A stretch of DNA of 34,547 bases from the IMG/VR virus record IMGVR_UViG_3300042866_001735, positions 1 to 34,547 of that record, one strand, 5' to 3'. The DNA comes from a virus. Taxonomy: Duplodnaviria; Caudoviricetes. A program made the position numbers and the translations under genes. Within the stretch, counting starts at the first letter, position 1; the number at the start of each line of letters is the position of its first letter. Below the pieces are notes generated by a model. It was not told where the DNA came from. It did no database searches and was given only the letters and a program-made list of their open reading frames with translations. Below are positions 1 to 8,683 of the stretch, piece by piece.

Positions 1-111
1 AAGCACTGTTATATATACGCTGTTTGGTGTACACATAGTTTCTGTTGGGTTTTGTTCTCTGTAAAGTTTATCTGCAATAGATATTAACTCTTCGTGTGTA
101 TGTTGTTTCAT
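1..111 (-). CDS. Hypothetical protein, partial (runs off the window start)
   Basis: ATG at 111-109, open frame MKQHTHEELISIADKLYREQNPTETMCTPNSVYITVL to base 1. Its ATG overlaps the TGA of the upstream ORF (ATGA coupling). Not in the ORF track. Confidence 0.6.
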   Translation of the reverse strand, partial: MKQHTHEELISIADKLYREQNPTETMCTPNSVYITVL

Positions 112-242
112 TTTACTTCATTTACTGTTCTACATACTTCGCATAACCTTTTGTTAAGAGGGGCAAGTCCTAACTTAGGTGTGTGCATTGTTTCTTTTTT
201 ACAAGTGGGACAATACTGCTTGCTTCTCTTGGTTGCTTCCAT
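108..242 (-). CDS. 44-aa zinc-ribbon protein (two CxxC motifs)
   Basis: Hand translation: MEATKRSKQYCPTCKKETMHTPKLGLAPLNKRLCEVCRTVNEVK*. Translationally coupled to the next ORF. Below the ORF-track size cutoff. Confidence 0.7.
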   Translation of the reverse strand: MEATKRSKQYCPTCKKETMHTPKLGLAPLNKRLCEVCRTVNEVK

Positions 243-305
243 GAATACAAATTAAGTACAAAACTTTACAACTTGCAAATAAATTTTTACAATGTGTATA
301 AATAT

Positions 306-596
306 CTACTTTTTCTTGCTTTCGTGATACTCTCTCTTCAGTTTTTCAGCTATCTCCATCGCCCTGGGATATGTCTTCATCGTCTTCCTGTTCCCAAACT
401 CCCAAAGCTGATGACAATCCATACAGTATAGCATCCAATTTTCGGGATGCTGTCTCAAAGTCGGATAGCTCCCTTTGGTAATGATATGAGACACAAACAT
501 CGGATGAAAGTGTGGAAGACGTATACCACATTCTTCGCATTGATGGTTCTGTCTTGTGGACCACATATTTTTGTACCACTCTATATCCCCTTTCAT
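306..596 (-). CDS. HNH-like (His-Me finger) Zn-binding nuclease, NinG/Rap-like
   Basis: CEECG...SHIITKG...HPENWMLYCMDCH pattern typical of small phage HNH proteins. Start overlaps the stop of the YqaJ gene. Confidence 0.7.
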   Translation of the reverse strand: MKGDIEWYKNMWSTRQNHQCEECGIRLPHFHPMFVSHIITKGSYPTLRQHPENWMLYCMDCHQLWEFGNRKTMKTYPRAMEIAEKLKREYHESKKK

Positions 597-1579
597 TAAT
601 TTATCCTAAATACTCTAGTACCGTTCTTATTGGGTCTCCATGTTACTCTTGCCAATTCGCTGTCAATTATCATATTCTCACCCATGTATGCTTTTATGTA
701 ATTGGAGTGTTCTCTCTTCTTTTCTTCTAGTTCCATGATCTGAGGCCCAATGGCAAGATACTCCTCAATGTGCTCATCTATCTCAGGAGTGCTGACAATT
801 GAATTCTCTTCCGGATTGGCAAAGCGAGTATTCAAGTACTCAGCATATGCTTCTGTTCCATCAGGAGGAGGAGCAAACTGATCATAGTCCTCTCCTAATT
901 CAAGAGCTAAACGGCCTGCATCTACCCTATCCCAAAAGTCTTTGGTGACATTAGCGATAGCATCCATAATTTCCTGATCCTTCTCAAAGTAGTGGACCTT
1001 CAAATTTCTTCCGTCCTCAAGCGCAACCAAGTAACCTTTGTCTATACCAAGGCCCATCATGTAGGTTTGCAACTGCAAGTAATAAGATGGAGGAACACCG
1101 CCTTCCCACTGCTTACTGCTCCAACCGCTGATTGTCTTAATCTCGATAATTGCCTCAACGCTGCTGAGATTAATCTGACCATTGCGTATGCGAATACCAC
1201 TTTTGCTGATCTGCAAGCGGTCCGGAGAGAAGAATAAGTGAGGATACTCAGGGTTTACGATGTAACCCACCGGCTCGTATAAAGTACGCACTTTGGTCCC
1301 GGCCTCATGATTCTTGAGCATGGACTCATCGTCTCCATCCCAATAGGAAAATATCTCAGCAACAGTCTGTTCCATAATAGTTCCCATGAACATAGGAATA
1401 TTCTGCTGTGCTTTTTGGGGGATGAGACCAATCTTCTGGTAATATAATTCAGCTGGGCTCTTCCAGCTATTTACGCCCATCAATGTTCCGACCTCAGAAG
1501 CCCCTAAGCCTCGTGATCGGAAGTTAAGCCATTCGTCATAGGCTTTATCTTTGTTAATTTGTACTAGTTGTAGATTCAT
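596..1579 (-). CDS. YqaJ-like viral recombinase / lambda-exonuclease-family nuclease
   Basis: EWLNFRSRGLGASEVGTLMGVNSWKSPAELY N-terminus, FSPD, IIEIKT (PD-(D/E)xK) and VPPSYYLQLQTYM motifs. Confidence 0.92.
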   Translation of the reverse strand: MNLQLVQINKDKAYDEWLNFRSRGLGASEVGTLMGVNSWKSPAELYYQKIGLIPQKAQQNIPMFMGTIMEQTVAEIFSYWDGDDESMLKNHEAGTKVRTLYEPVGYIVNPEYPHLFFSPDRLQISKSGIRIRNGQINLSSVEAIIEIKTISGWSSKQWEGGVPPSYYLQLQTYMMGLGIDKGYLVALEDGRNLKVHYFEKDQEIMDAIANVTKDFWDRVDAGRLALELGEDYDQFAPPPDGTEAYAEYLNTRFANPEENSIVSTPEIDEHIEEYLAIGPQIMELEEKKREHSNYIKAYMGENMIIDSELARVTWRPNKNGTRVFRIN

Positions 1580-1817
1580 CTCTTAACACCCATTTTTCAA
1601 ACTCTTCGGCAGCAAGCAGAGTCAATTCTACAAGTTGCTGAGGATTGTAATTCTTATCTTCCTTTGCAATCCAACCGCTCATCAGTTCAACTGCACTCTT
1701 AATAGAAGACTGGCGTATGATGGAAACCTGTTCACTAGCATAATGCTTCATGTGAACAGGTTCCACCTTTTTACCAATCTTATCAGCAAGAGTAGGATTA
1801 GCTACGCCTCGTGACAT
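1554..1817 (-). CDS. Hypothetical protein of the recombination cluster
   Basis: 87-aa ORF in operon context. The SIIRQSSIKSAVEL...AEEFEKWV pattern resembles small phage proteins seen near SSB/recombinase genes. Confidence 0.65.
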   Translation of the reverse strand: MSRGVANPTLADKIGKKVEPVHMKHYASEQVSIIRQSSIKSAVELMSGWIAKEDKNYNPQQLVELTLLAAEEFEKWVLRDESTTSTN

Positions 1818-1819
1818 AA

Positions 1820-2422
1820 TTAAAATGGGAGATCGCTACCTTCTTCTTCCTGGTAAACCTCTTCTGTCTCAACAACAGCAGGACCGGCAACCATATTGTT
1901 AAATGCTTTGGCCTCAGAAGCACGAGCATTCAACTCGTTAACCTTATCAATCCGGAAAGATTCAACCTCAGACCAATCTACAGAAACAAGTTCTCCTTTT
2001 TTGTTGAACACTTCTTCGGGCTCAGGCATACCCTCACCACGCTTATATGCCCACTTCAAAGTCTCACCACCCTGCTTGAGGAAAAGAGCGGACCGCTTTT
2101 TGTCGTCTACAATCTTCAGCGAAGGGATGAATTCTACTTTCTTACTTACATCGATGTTTGGAGCACAGTGTGCAAAAGCAATGAAGTATGCAGTCTGTTT
2201 ACCGCTTTCTCCTTTGAGACGGATTTGCAGTTGATACACCTCGTCATCTTTAATGTCAATACACAGATCTGTACCATAAGTACCCTCTCTTGTACTGATG
2301 CCCAAAATGTAGCCCTCGATAGAATCGTACAGCTCATACTTCTTGTCACCTAAACTCTTGGCAATCTTGCCTTCTCTAATTGTCAGGTAAGTTCTCTTAC
2401 CCATTCCAGTTTTTAATCCCAT
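1820..2422 (-). CDS. Putative single-stranded DNA-binding protein
   Basis: 200 aa with a beta-rich core and an acidic tail ending EEEGSDLPF, the classic SSB C-terminal tip. Same operon as the exonuclease. Confidence 0.7.
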   Translation of the reverse strand: MGLKTGMGKRTYLTIREGKIAKSLGDKKYELYDSIEGYILGISTREGTYGTDLCIDIKDDEVYQLQIRLKGESGKQTAYFIAFAHCAPNIDVSKKVEFIPSLKIVDDKKRSALFLKQGGETLKWAYKRGEGMPEPEEVFNKKGELVSVDWSEVESFRIDKVNELNARASEAKAFNNMVAGPAVVETEEVYQEEEGSDLPF

Positions 2423-2447
2423 ATCTATTTATTTTAAAAATGTAATG

Positions 2448-2495
2448 CGAATATACTACAAGTTTTGGTAATTCCAAATTTTTTGCGTAAAATTG
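2448..2495. promoter_or_regulatory. Overlapping divergent Bacteroidota-type promoters with a central inverted repeat
   Basis: Minus strand: TTTG(2478-2475)-N19-TATATTCG(2455-2448). Plus strand: TTTG(2464-2467)-N20-TAAAATTG(2488-2495). Each is one mismatch from TTTG-N19-21-TAnnTTTG. The inverted repeat TTTGG-TAATT-CCAAA spans 2464-2478. Confidence 0.65.
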
Positions 2496-2504
2496 TAAAA
2501 GAAT

Positions 2505-2750
2505 ATGAACAACGAACTTAAAAACAAAATTTTGGGCCTCAAAGAAAAGTTGAAGAGGGGCGACATGGCAAGGATTGTAGAACGCACCGAAAAGTTGGGC
2601 GTTAAAAAGTACGATGTGTATAACATCCTTAATGGTAAATCTCTGATTGATCAGCAAAAATTAATCATCGTTATGAAAGAGGTGGTTAAGCTAGTAGAAG
2701 AGAACGAGAGATACCTCAAAGAATTTGAAGCCAAGATAAATGAACTATGA
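2505..2750 (+). CDS. Small HTH-like DNA-binding protein (Cro-like position)
   Basis: 81 aa. RGDMARIVERTEKLGVKKYDVYNILNGK resembles an XRE-type helix-turn-helix. First gene of the divergent unit. Confidence 0.6.
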   Translation: MNNELKNKILGLKEKLKRGDMARIVERTEKLGVKKYDVYNILNGKSLIDQQKLIIVMKEVVKLVEENERYLKEFEAKINEL

Positions 2751-3153
2751 TCAATTAGAAGATAAAATCCGGTCCATCAAGAAAAGAGGGTTGAACATTA
2801 TGGTGGAGAACGAGCTCATTGCAGATGCTCGCAAAACCTACCATGAGGAGAGGATGAGAAAGAAGTTAGAAACTATGGCTGATTTAATTAGGCGTAATAA
2901 TAATTTCCTCGGTAAGCTCCATGGTGAGTACTGCTCCGCTCAGAAGATTAAATCTTTCATGGGATTGGAAACATCTGGTAATTTGAACAAGGCATTATAC
3001 GAAAATGGGATTTTTTATAATTTACACTCCATATACGCTGTAGCAGAATTCTACGGCATACCAATGGAACTTTTAATGTACACAGATTTAGAAGCAAATG
3101 AGGACATCATCAAAAGAGAATATCCTGCTATTATCAGACAGGGTAGAAATTAA
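2740..3153 (+). CDS. Hypothetical protein, possible degenerate XRE-HTH C-terminal half
   Basis: LHSIYAVAEFYGIPMELLM resembles the last helices of XRE domains. Overlaps both neighbouring genes. Confidence 0.5.
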   Translation: MNYDQLEDKIRSIKKRGLNIMVENELIADARKTYHEERMRKKLETMADLIRRNNNFLGKLHGEYCSAQKIKSFMGLETSGNLNKALYENGIFYNLHSIYAVAEFYGIPMELLMYTDLEANEDIIKREYPAIIRQGRN

Positions 3154-3490
3154 GGCTCTCTCAGTCAACAAAGCCTGGCAGGGAAAGCGTTTTAAGACAA
3201 AGGAATATGTAACCTATGAAAAAGAGGTAATGGACAAATTGGAGTTCGTAGATATGAGCCAAACCAAAATGCCCATTGAACTCTCCCTGATTGTAGGATT
3301 TAGCAATATGGCTTCAGACGTAGATAACGTGGTTAAACCATTCCTGGACATCCTCCAGAAGAAGTATAAGTTTAACGATAAATACGTCTTTAGATTGATT
3401 GTTGAAAAGATGTTAGTTGAAAAAGGGGCCGAATTTATTGAGTTCTACATCAAAAAGTGCGTTCCTCGTCATTATATACTTGACAAATAA
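3098..3490 (+). CDS. rusA: RusA-like Holliday junction resolvase
   Basis: LSVNKAWQG N-terminal motif, and SDVDNVVKPFLDIL...FNDKYV matching the RusA catalytic D-x-D-N-x-x-K-x-x-x-D...D pattern. Confidence 0.8.
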   Translation: MRTSSKENILLLSDRVEIKALSVNKAWQGKRFKTKEYVTYEKEVMDKLEFVDMSQTKMPIELSLIVGFSNMASDVDNVVKPFLDILQKKYKFNDKYVFRLIVEKMLVEKGAEFIEFYIKKCVPRHYILDK

Positions 3491-3510
3491 AATTAATGGT
3501 TGTAGGTTTG
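3479..3510 (+). promoter_or_regulatory. Bacteroidota-type promoter firing into the non-coding region
   Basis: CTTG(3479-3482)-N20-TAGGTTTG(3503-3510). No credible CDS follows for ~560 bp. Confidence 0.6.
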
Positions 3511-3513
3511 TAA

Positions 3514-3613
3514 TACCACATTGTATTGCCAATCTAAAACATTAAAGAACTTATTTGGGGTTCATCGGTGTTGGGTTGGTACTCAATGTGGTAACCGGTG
3601 GGCCCCTTTTTTT
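3514..3613 (+). ncRNA. Candidate small RNA / attenuator leader ending in an intrinsic terminator
   Basis: 13-bp stem 3557-3569/3594-3606 followed by T7 (3607-3613). Competing helices are 3514-3523/3584-3593 (10 bp perfect) and 3527-3537/3571-3581 (11 bp with G-U). Confidence 0.55.
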
Positions 3614-3619
3614 ATTTAA

Positions 3620-3980
3620 AAGGATTTCACCAAAAGCGGTTCTTACAGCTCTATATTCCGGTTCTTTTCTCCTAACCGAATATGACAAAAGGGAGGTAAA
3701 TAAAAATATACCTGTAAGTAACAGTACAAATAGATGCTGACTCAAAAAATTCCAGGCAATGTCCAAAATGACAACCTGGGGGTGAAGATGAAAAAAAAGA
3801 TGACGAGTCAGTAAGGCAAACAAAAATGGCTTTCCTTAAAAAAGAGGGTCTCCCATAGGCGAAGTGCTATTTGTGCTAGATGTTTTCGGATCTTAACTGT
3901 GTGTGTAGAGTTACTAGTATTTGTCTTATTCCCTTTTCATCTGACAAATACCAAGTTCATCCCCTCTTCACCCATAGATT
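3620..3980 (+). ncRNA. Candidate large structured non-coding RNA (family unknown)
   Basis: Many complementary segments found by eye: 3642-3648/3712-3718, 3653-3663/3674-3683, 3723-3733/3867-3877, 3735-3743/3805-3813, 3750-3756/3775-3781, 3917-3925/3943-3951, 3687-3694/3930-3937, 3780-3788/3965-3973. Confidence 0.5.
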
Positions 3981-4069
3981 AGCAGAACTTTGCTTTTTTC
4001 AACCAAAATATATATCTTAAAAACAAAAAAATTGTAAAATCCAAATTTTTTTTCATAATTTTGTAACTA

Positions 4070-6289
4070 ATGCCGTATACTATTACGAACCAACCTAACC
4101 AGTTTATCAGCGAAAGCAAAAAAGATAAAACCTGGTACATGGAGAATATCAAGTTTATCATGTCTCACTTTAACAAGAGGCATGACCGCATTTCTAGAGT
4201 TAGAAAAACAAGTGACTTAATGAATCCTGTGGATGAGATTGTTAGGATGTATACCTACTATCTTGGTCGTCAGTATAACAAAGATTATTACTACACCACT
4301 CAGGACCAGAACAATTGTGATTTGCCAACGGTTTGGATTAACGGTCAGAAGGTTACTTCTCTTATTGACTATATGGTGGGTAATGCTATCAGCATGATTC
4401 AGAATATAGATCCGAGCGTTAAATCTGAGTCCCAAGACGCAATAAATAGAAAGACTGAATTATTGGAGGAAGCTCTTTTGAAAATTGAGGCTCCCCAACT
4501 TTTTGAGGCAATGAATCAGTTCGGAATTGATTTCCAACCGCTTGGGCCTCAGACAAATCAGTTCGAAACTCCTGAAGATGTATATCGTTTCATGGAGTAT
4601 AACTATAAAGAAAGAAGCGAGATACTTGCTCTGCGTATGTGCGAAGATATTCTGAATCGTAACTCGTATATAGAAAAGTATAAGCAAGGTTTCCTCTATA
4701 CTCTGTTGGGTGGTTTTATCGGTATCGAGAACAGAATCGAAAATGGTAGACAGTACTTCGATATGATTCTGCCTCACAACCTTATTGTAGATAGGGCAAA
4801 AGATGATGATTTCAATCAGGATGCTCGTTTCGTTGGTAAGGTAGATTGGTTAAACATCACCGATATTATCGAGCGTTATCAGGATTCTCTCACTACAGAG
4901 GAGATTGAAGAGCTGAAGAAGATTAACTCAAATAATCTGTATCAACTGCTTGACCTCACTACCCATCCCTACGCAACCAACTGGGCTTTCAACGTAAACA
5001 ATCTTCCTACCTTGGCAGCAGTTACCGGCTATTGGGTTGGTATGAAAGATTTGGGTTATGAGAAGAGCAAAGATAAATTTGGCAATACTCATTATCAGAA
5101 AATCAGAAACGGAAGAAACGGACAGTATTGGACCAAAACTGTTTATAAAGGAACACTGATCGGAAATAAATATATGGTTGATTGGGGAGAAACTACAAAC
5201 ATCGTAAGAAAGACAGATAACCCTGGCGATGTTCTTCTTCCTCTTCAGGTATTTATTCCCAATATGGTTATGGGAGAAAACAGGTCAGTTACCATGCGTC
5301 TGCACCAACACCAGGATCGTATTGATTACATCACCAATGAGATTACCAAAATGCTGAATAGAGCAAAAGGTAAGGTGTATCTAATTAATCGTCAGAAGCT
5401 AGGTACTTCCACCCCTCGTGACGTAATCAGTGATTTTGAACGTATGGGTATCCACATTACCGATGGTAGCGCAACCGGAGAAGAATTTGTTGCCGGACAG
5501 GATGCACGTTTGGTAGAGGTTGTAGATATGACTCTTGATCCTAACGTACAGCAACTTGTTTCACTTCGTAGAGAAGAAGAAAGACTGATGGAAGAAATCG
5601 TTAACATTCCTAAGATTGCTCTTGGTCAGCAGTCAGGATATGTTGGAGCCAAAACCCAAGCTGGAACTATTGCTCAATCAAATCTTGGAACTTCTTACTT
5701 GTATCAGGGTTATATCCAATTTATACAAAAGCAATTAGCATACGCACTTAATCAGTATAAATTAACTTTGATTGATGAGCCCGAAACTGTTATTCCTGTT
5801 GTAGGCACAAAAGGAAAAGAATGGTTGAAAGTTACCAAAGATTTCCAGTTCGAAGAGTTGGGTGTTTATATCAAAGTTAAAGACTTCATCGATGAGCAGG
5901 CTAGAGAGAGATTACTCGCCATTGCTCAGGCTGCAATGCAGAATGGTGTTATCGATTTCATGGAATACTTGCAGGTTGAAAAGTGCAAGACTTACACAGA
6001 GTTGGAAAACCAACTTGAGTACACCATGAATAAGAAAAAGAGAGATGCCGAAAAGCAACAGCAAATGATGATGATGATGCAACAAATGCAACAGGAACAA
6101 CAGATGCAACAACAGGAAGCTCTTGCAGGTATGAAAGAGGAAGGTGCTAACTATCGTGCTGAACTCGGAATACAAGGAAAAATGGCTGAGAAAGCATTTG
6201 ATAAAGCCACTAGCGAGGAAGCAAGTCCTGAAGATGCAATGGCAGAAGAAGCAATGATGGGCGGTGGCGAAATGATGCCCCCACAATAA
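4070..6289 (+). CDS. Portal protein (crAss-like/P22-like podovirus type)
   Basis: 739 aa, first gene of the head module, upstream of scaffold and capsid. EEIVNIPKIALGQ...TQAGTIAQS segment and Q/M-rich coiled-coil C-terminus are typical of podoviral portals. TAATTTTG at 4056-4063. Confidence 0.85.
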   Translation: MPYTITNQPNQFISESKKDKTWYMENIKFIMSHFNKRHDRISRVRKTSDLMNPVDEIVRMYTYYLGRQYNKDYYYTTQDQNNCDLPTVWINGQKVTSLIDYMVGNAISMIQNIDPSVKSESQDAINRKTELLEEALLKIEAPQLFEAMNQFGIDFQPLGPQTNQFETPEDVYRFMEYNYKERSEILALRMCEDILNRNSYIEKYKQGFLYTLLGGFIGIENRIENGRQYFDMILPHNLIVDRAKDDDFNQDARFVGKVDWLNITDIIERYQDSLTTEEIEELKKINSNNLYQLLDLTTHPYATNWAFNVNNLPTLAAVTGYWVGMKDLGYEKSKDKFGNTHYQKIRNGRNGQYWTKTVYKGTLIGNKYMVDWGETTNIVRKTDNPGDVLLPLQVFIPNMVMGENRSVTMRLHQHQDRIDYITNEITKMLNRAKGKVYLINRQKLGTSTPRDVISDFERMGIHITDGSATGEEFVAGQDARLVEVVDMTLDPNVQQLVSLRREEERLMEEIVNIPKIALGQQSGYVGAKTQAGTIAQSNLGTSYLYQGYIQFIQKQLAYALNQYKLTLIDEPETVIPVVGTKGKEWLKVTKDFQFEELGVYIKVKDFIDEQARERLLAIAQAAMQNGVIDFMEYLQVEKCKTYTELENQLEYTMNKKKRDAEKQQQMMMMMQQMQQEQQMQQQEALAGMKEEGANYRAELGIQGKMAEKAFDKATSEEASPEDAMAEEAMMGGGEMMPPQ

Positions 6290-6330
6290 ATTTGTAACTT
6301 TGCAGAAAAAACAATAAATTTGTATAAATT

Positions 6331-7284
6331 ATGTCAGAATCATTTATGAACGATCTTGCTGAGCAACTAAGAAGTACTCAGACTCCACCTGCGGATTCAG
6401 CTCCTGTAGAAAATACTGCTGTTGATCCGACCCCTGCTGCTGAACCAGTTCCAGCAGAGCCTGTAGTTAATACTACTCCTACCCCGGCAGAGCCTGCTCC
6501 CGTAGAACCTGCTGAAAAACAATGGTGGGAAGAAGATACAACTACTACGACTGCTGCTAATCCTGCTCCTGCACAAGAAAAAACTGAAAAATCTGAGCCC
6601 CAATTAGAATTGGATGATGATTTGAAATTGATTCTTGAGTATAAGAAGAGCGGAAAAACTTTGGCCGATTTTGTTAAAGATTATAAAGTAGAAGATTTCT
6701 CTACCTGGTCTGAGGACAAATTGGTTGAAGAAGGTTTGAAAGAATTCATGAATCTCTCCGAAGATGAAATGGAGCAAGCCAAAATGGAATGGGACTCAGC
6801 ATCAATTTTCCAAAAGAAACAGTGGGCCGATTCTTTTAAACAGAAGTTTGAGGAGAGGAATAATAGTAAACTGAAAGAGTTAACAAAATCCAACACCCAA
6901 GCCGAAGAATATCAGAAGGCCATTTCTGCTAAATACAATGCCGAACTAGATCAGTTCTCAAACGAAGTTGTAGGCAAAGAGTTGTACGGTTTAAAAATCA
7001 CAGACGAAATGTCCAAGGATTTGAAAAACTTCATCGACAAAGAGTTTACTCTCCAAAACGAAGACGGTTCTTTCGACATCGCCAAAATGTATTCCATCGG
7101 GCTTTGGCTCAAATATGGAAAAGATTTGGTAAAAGCCAACATTACTAAAGCCAAGAATGAAGGTAGGGAACAGATAATTAAAGAAGTTTCCAATCCTAGT
7201 AAAAACATGACCGGTGGAAGTTCCGTTGTTGGTTCCGGACTTGAGGCAGCACAAGATGCCTTTAATAGCTTGTTCCAGGCTTAA
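6331..7284 (+). CDS. Putative capsid scaffolding protein
   Basis: Acidic protein with a P/A/E/T-rich disordered N-terminus and helical body, located between portal and major capsid. Confidence 0.7.
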   Translation: MSESFMNDLAEQLRSTQTPPADSAPVENTAVDPTPAAEPVPAEPVVNTTPTPAEPAPVEPAEKQWWEEDTTTTTAANPAPAQEKTEKSEPQLELDDDLKLILEYKKSGKTLADFVKDYKVEDFSTWSEDKLVEEGLKEFMNLSEDEMEQAKMEWDSASIFQKKQWADSFKQKFEERNNSKLKELTKSNTQAEEYQKAISAKYNAELDQFSNEVVGKELYGLKITDEMSKDLKNFIDKEFTLQNEDGSFDIAKMYSIGLWLKYGKDLVKANITKAKNEGREQIIKEVSNPSKNMTGGSSVVGSGLEAAQDAFNSLFQA

Positions 7285-7316
7285 TTGGATAAAACAAAAA
7301 AAACAAAATTTAAAAA

Positions 7317-8663
7317 ATGTCAACTATCACTAACCTGCCATTGAGTCAGTCACTTCTGCTCAAAGGCCTTTCATTGCCCAACAAGATGGCGATGGTTTAT
7401 GCCCAGGACTACGGGTATAACGTGTTGACTCAGCTTACTTCTAAATTGGCTTCTTCTATCTCTAGCCCTCAAGCTAAAGTAGAAATCAGCTCTCTTGGAA
7501 ACCTGGGTGTTTTCTCTAAAATCGTTGCTAACGGTACTGCCGTTGGTTCAGGTGCTCTTAACGTTGCTGTTGTAGATTCTAGCAAATTCCGTATCGGTGA
7601 CATCGTTGCTGATGGAAACATGGTACAAGGTATTGTTACCAATGTTGATTTGTCTGGTAACGCTATCGTAGTTGCTCCTCACAGCGTATCTTCTTTCGTA
7701 GCTGGTACTCACTTCCTCGCTGGTCAGAATGCTAAGCGTTTCTTTGACGCTTCTGCTAACCGTTCTAGCGTTGGTAAGAGCACTTTGAACTACACTCCTG
7801 ACACCGACTACGCCCTGACTGCTGTAACTCGTGAGAGCAGCCATCAGAGCCGTAGAGATCGTATCGCTTCTTTCGTGAAGTGGAATGGCGATTTCTGGTG
7901 GAGGAGCTATGACGATCTAACCTTGAAAGCTTTCGCTAAGCAGTTGGAATACAAATATGCCTTCTCTGAGCGTGCTATCAAAGTTGGTCCTCAGGGCGAA
8001 TACTTCACTACCGGTGGTCTTCGTTGGTCTATCATCAACAATGGCGGTTCTTACCTGTCTTTGACTGCTGAATTGACTCAGAACGTATTCAACGATTTCT
8101 TGGAGCAAATGGTTCGTGTATCTGCTGAAGGTGGACGTAAACTTGTAGCTCTTATGGGTTCTGCTGCTTTGGCTCGTCTTCAGACTATCCTCGGTGACTA
8201 CATCAAATATGCTGGTACTGCCAACACTTTCGGTGGAACTTCAGTTACCGGTCTGAACGTTATGAAGTATGCTTACGCTGGTCTTGAGATTGAATTTGTT
8301 CGTTGGGCTCTGCTTGATGACGAAATGTTCCGTGGTGAACTTTCTGCTATCAACGGCAAACCTAAGATGAGCAACTCTATCTACTTCATCGACATGACTC
8401 CTATCCCTGCTGCTGACGGAAGCGGAACTATCGCTGCCCTTCAGAAGTATCACTTCAACAATGATGAGCTTATCGCTAACTACGTTCCTGGTATGATTGG
8501 CCTGGACAGCAGCGATCCTAGCACTATCAAAGCTGCTATCTCTAGTGGTACTATGGCTTCTCTGGGTACTAGCGATGTTGACGGTGTTGACTTCCACATT
8601 CTTTCTGACTGTGGTCTTTACTGTGTTGCAGACAAAATGGGTCTGATTGAATTCGCTATCTAA
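7317..8663 (+). CDS. Major capsid protein (HK97 fold)
   Basis: 448 aa. KQLEYKYAFSER...FTTGGLRWSI matches the E...TxG motif region of HK97-type capsids. Strong high-expression codon bias (TTC, AAC, ATC, GCT, CGT) and synteny. Confidence 0.88.
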   Translation: MSTITNLPLSQSLLLKGLSLPNKMAMVYAQDYGYNVLTQLTSKLASSISSPQAKVEISSLGNLGVFSKIVANGTAVGSGALNVAVVDSSKFRIGDIVADGNMVQGIVTNVDLSGNAIVVAPHSVSSFVAGTHFLAGQNAKRFFDASANRSSVGKSTLNYTPDTDYALTAVTRESSHQSRRDRIASFVKWNGDFWWRSYDDLTLKAFAKQLEYKYAFSERAIKVGPQGEYFTTGGLRWSIINNGGSYLSLTAELTQNVFNDFLEQMVRVSAEGGRKLVALMGSAALARLQTILGDYIKYAGTANTFGGTSVTGLNVMKYAYAGLEIEFVRWALLDDEMFRGELSAINGKPKMSNSIYFIDMTPIPAADGSGTIAALQKYHFNNDELIANYVPGMIGLDSSDPSTIKAAISSGTMASLGTSDVDGVDFHILSDCGLYCVADKMGLIEFAI

Positions 8664-8683
8664 TTAATAAGGAGAACTAAAAA

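Noticed and set aside
3551-3823. ORFs 3555-3740 (+) and 3551-3823 (-) in the intergenic region
   Set aside because: Non-ATG starts, atypical composition and no motifs. The plus ORF runs through a terminator-like hairpin. Base-pairing explains the region better.
3490-4070. tRNA or tmRNA gene
   Set aside because: No cloverleaf, no TTCGA T-loop with an acceptor stem, and no CCA-end context found by eye.
6055-6116. CAA/CAG/ATG-rich repeat as a phase-variable tract
   Set aside because: Triplet-based low-complexity Q/M coiled coil, common at portal C-termini. It cannot shift the frame.
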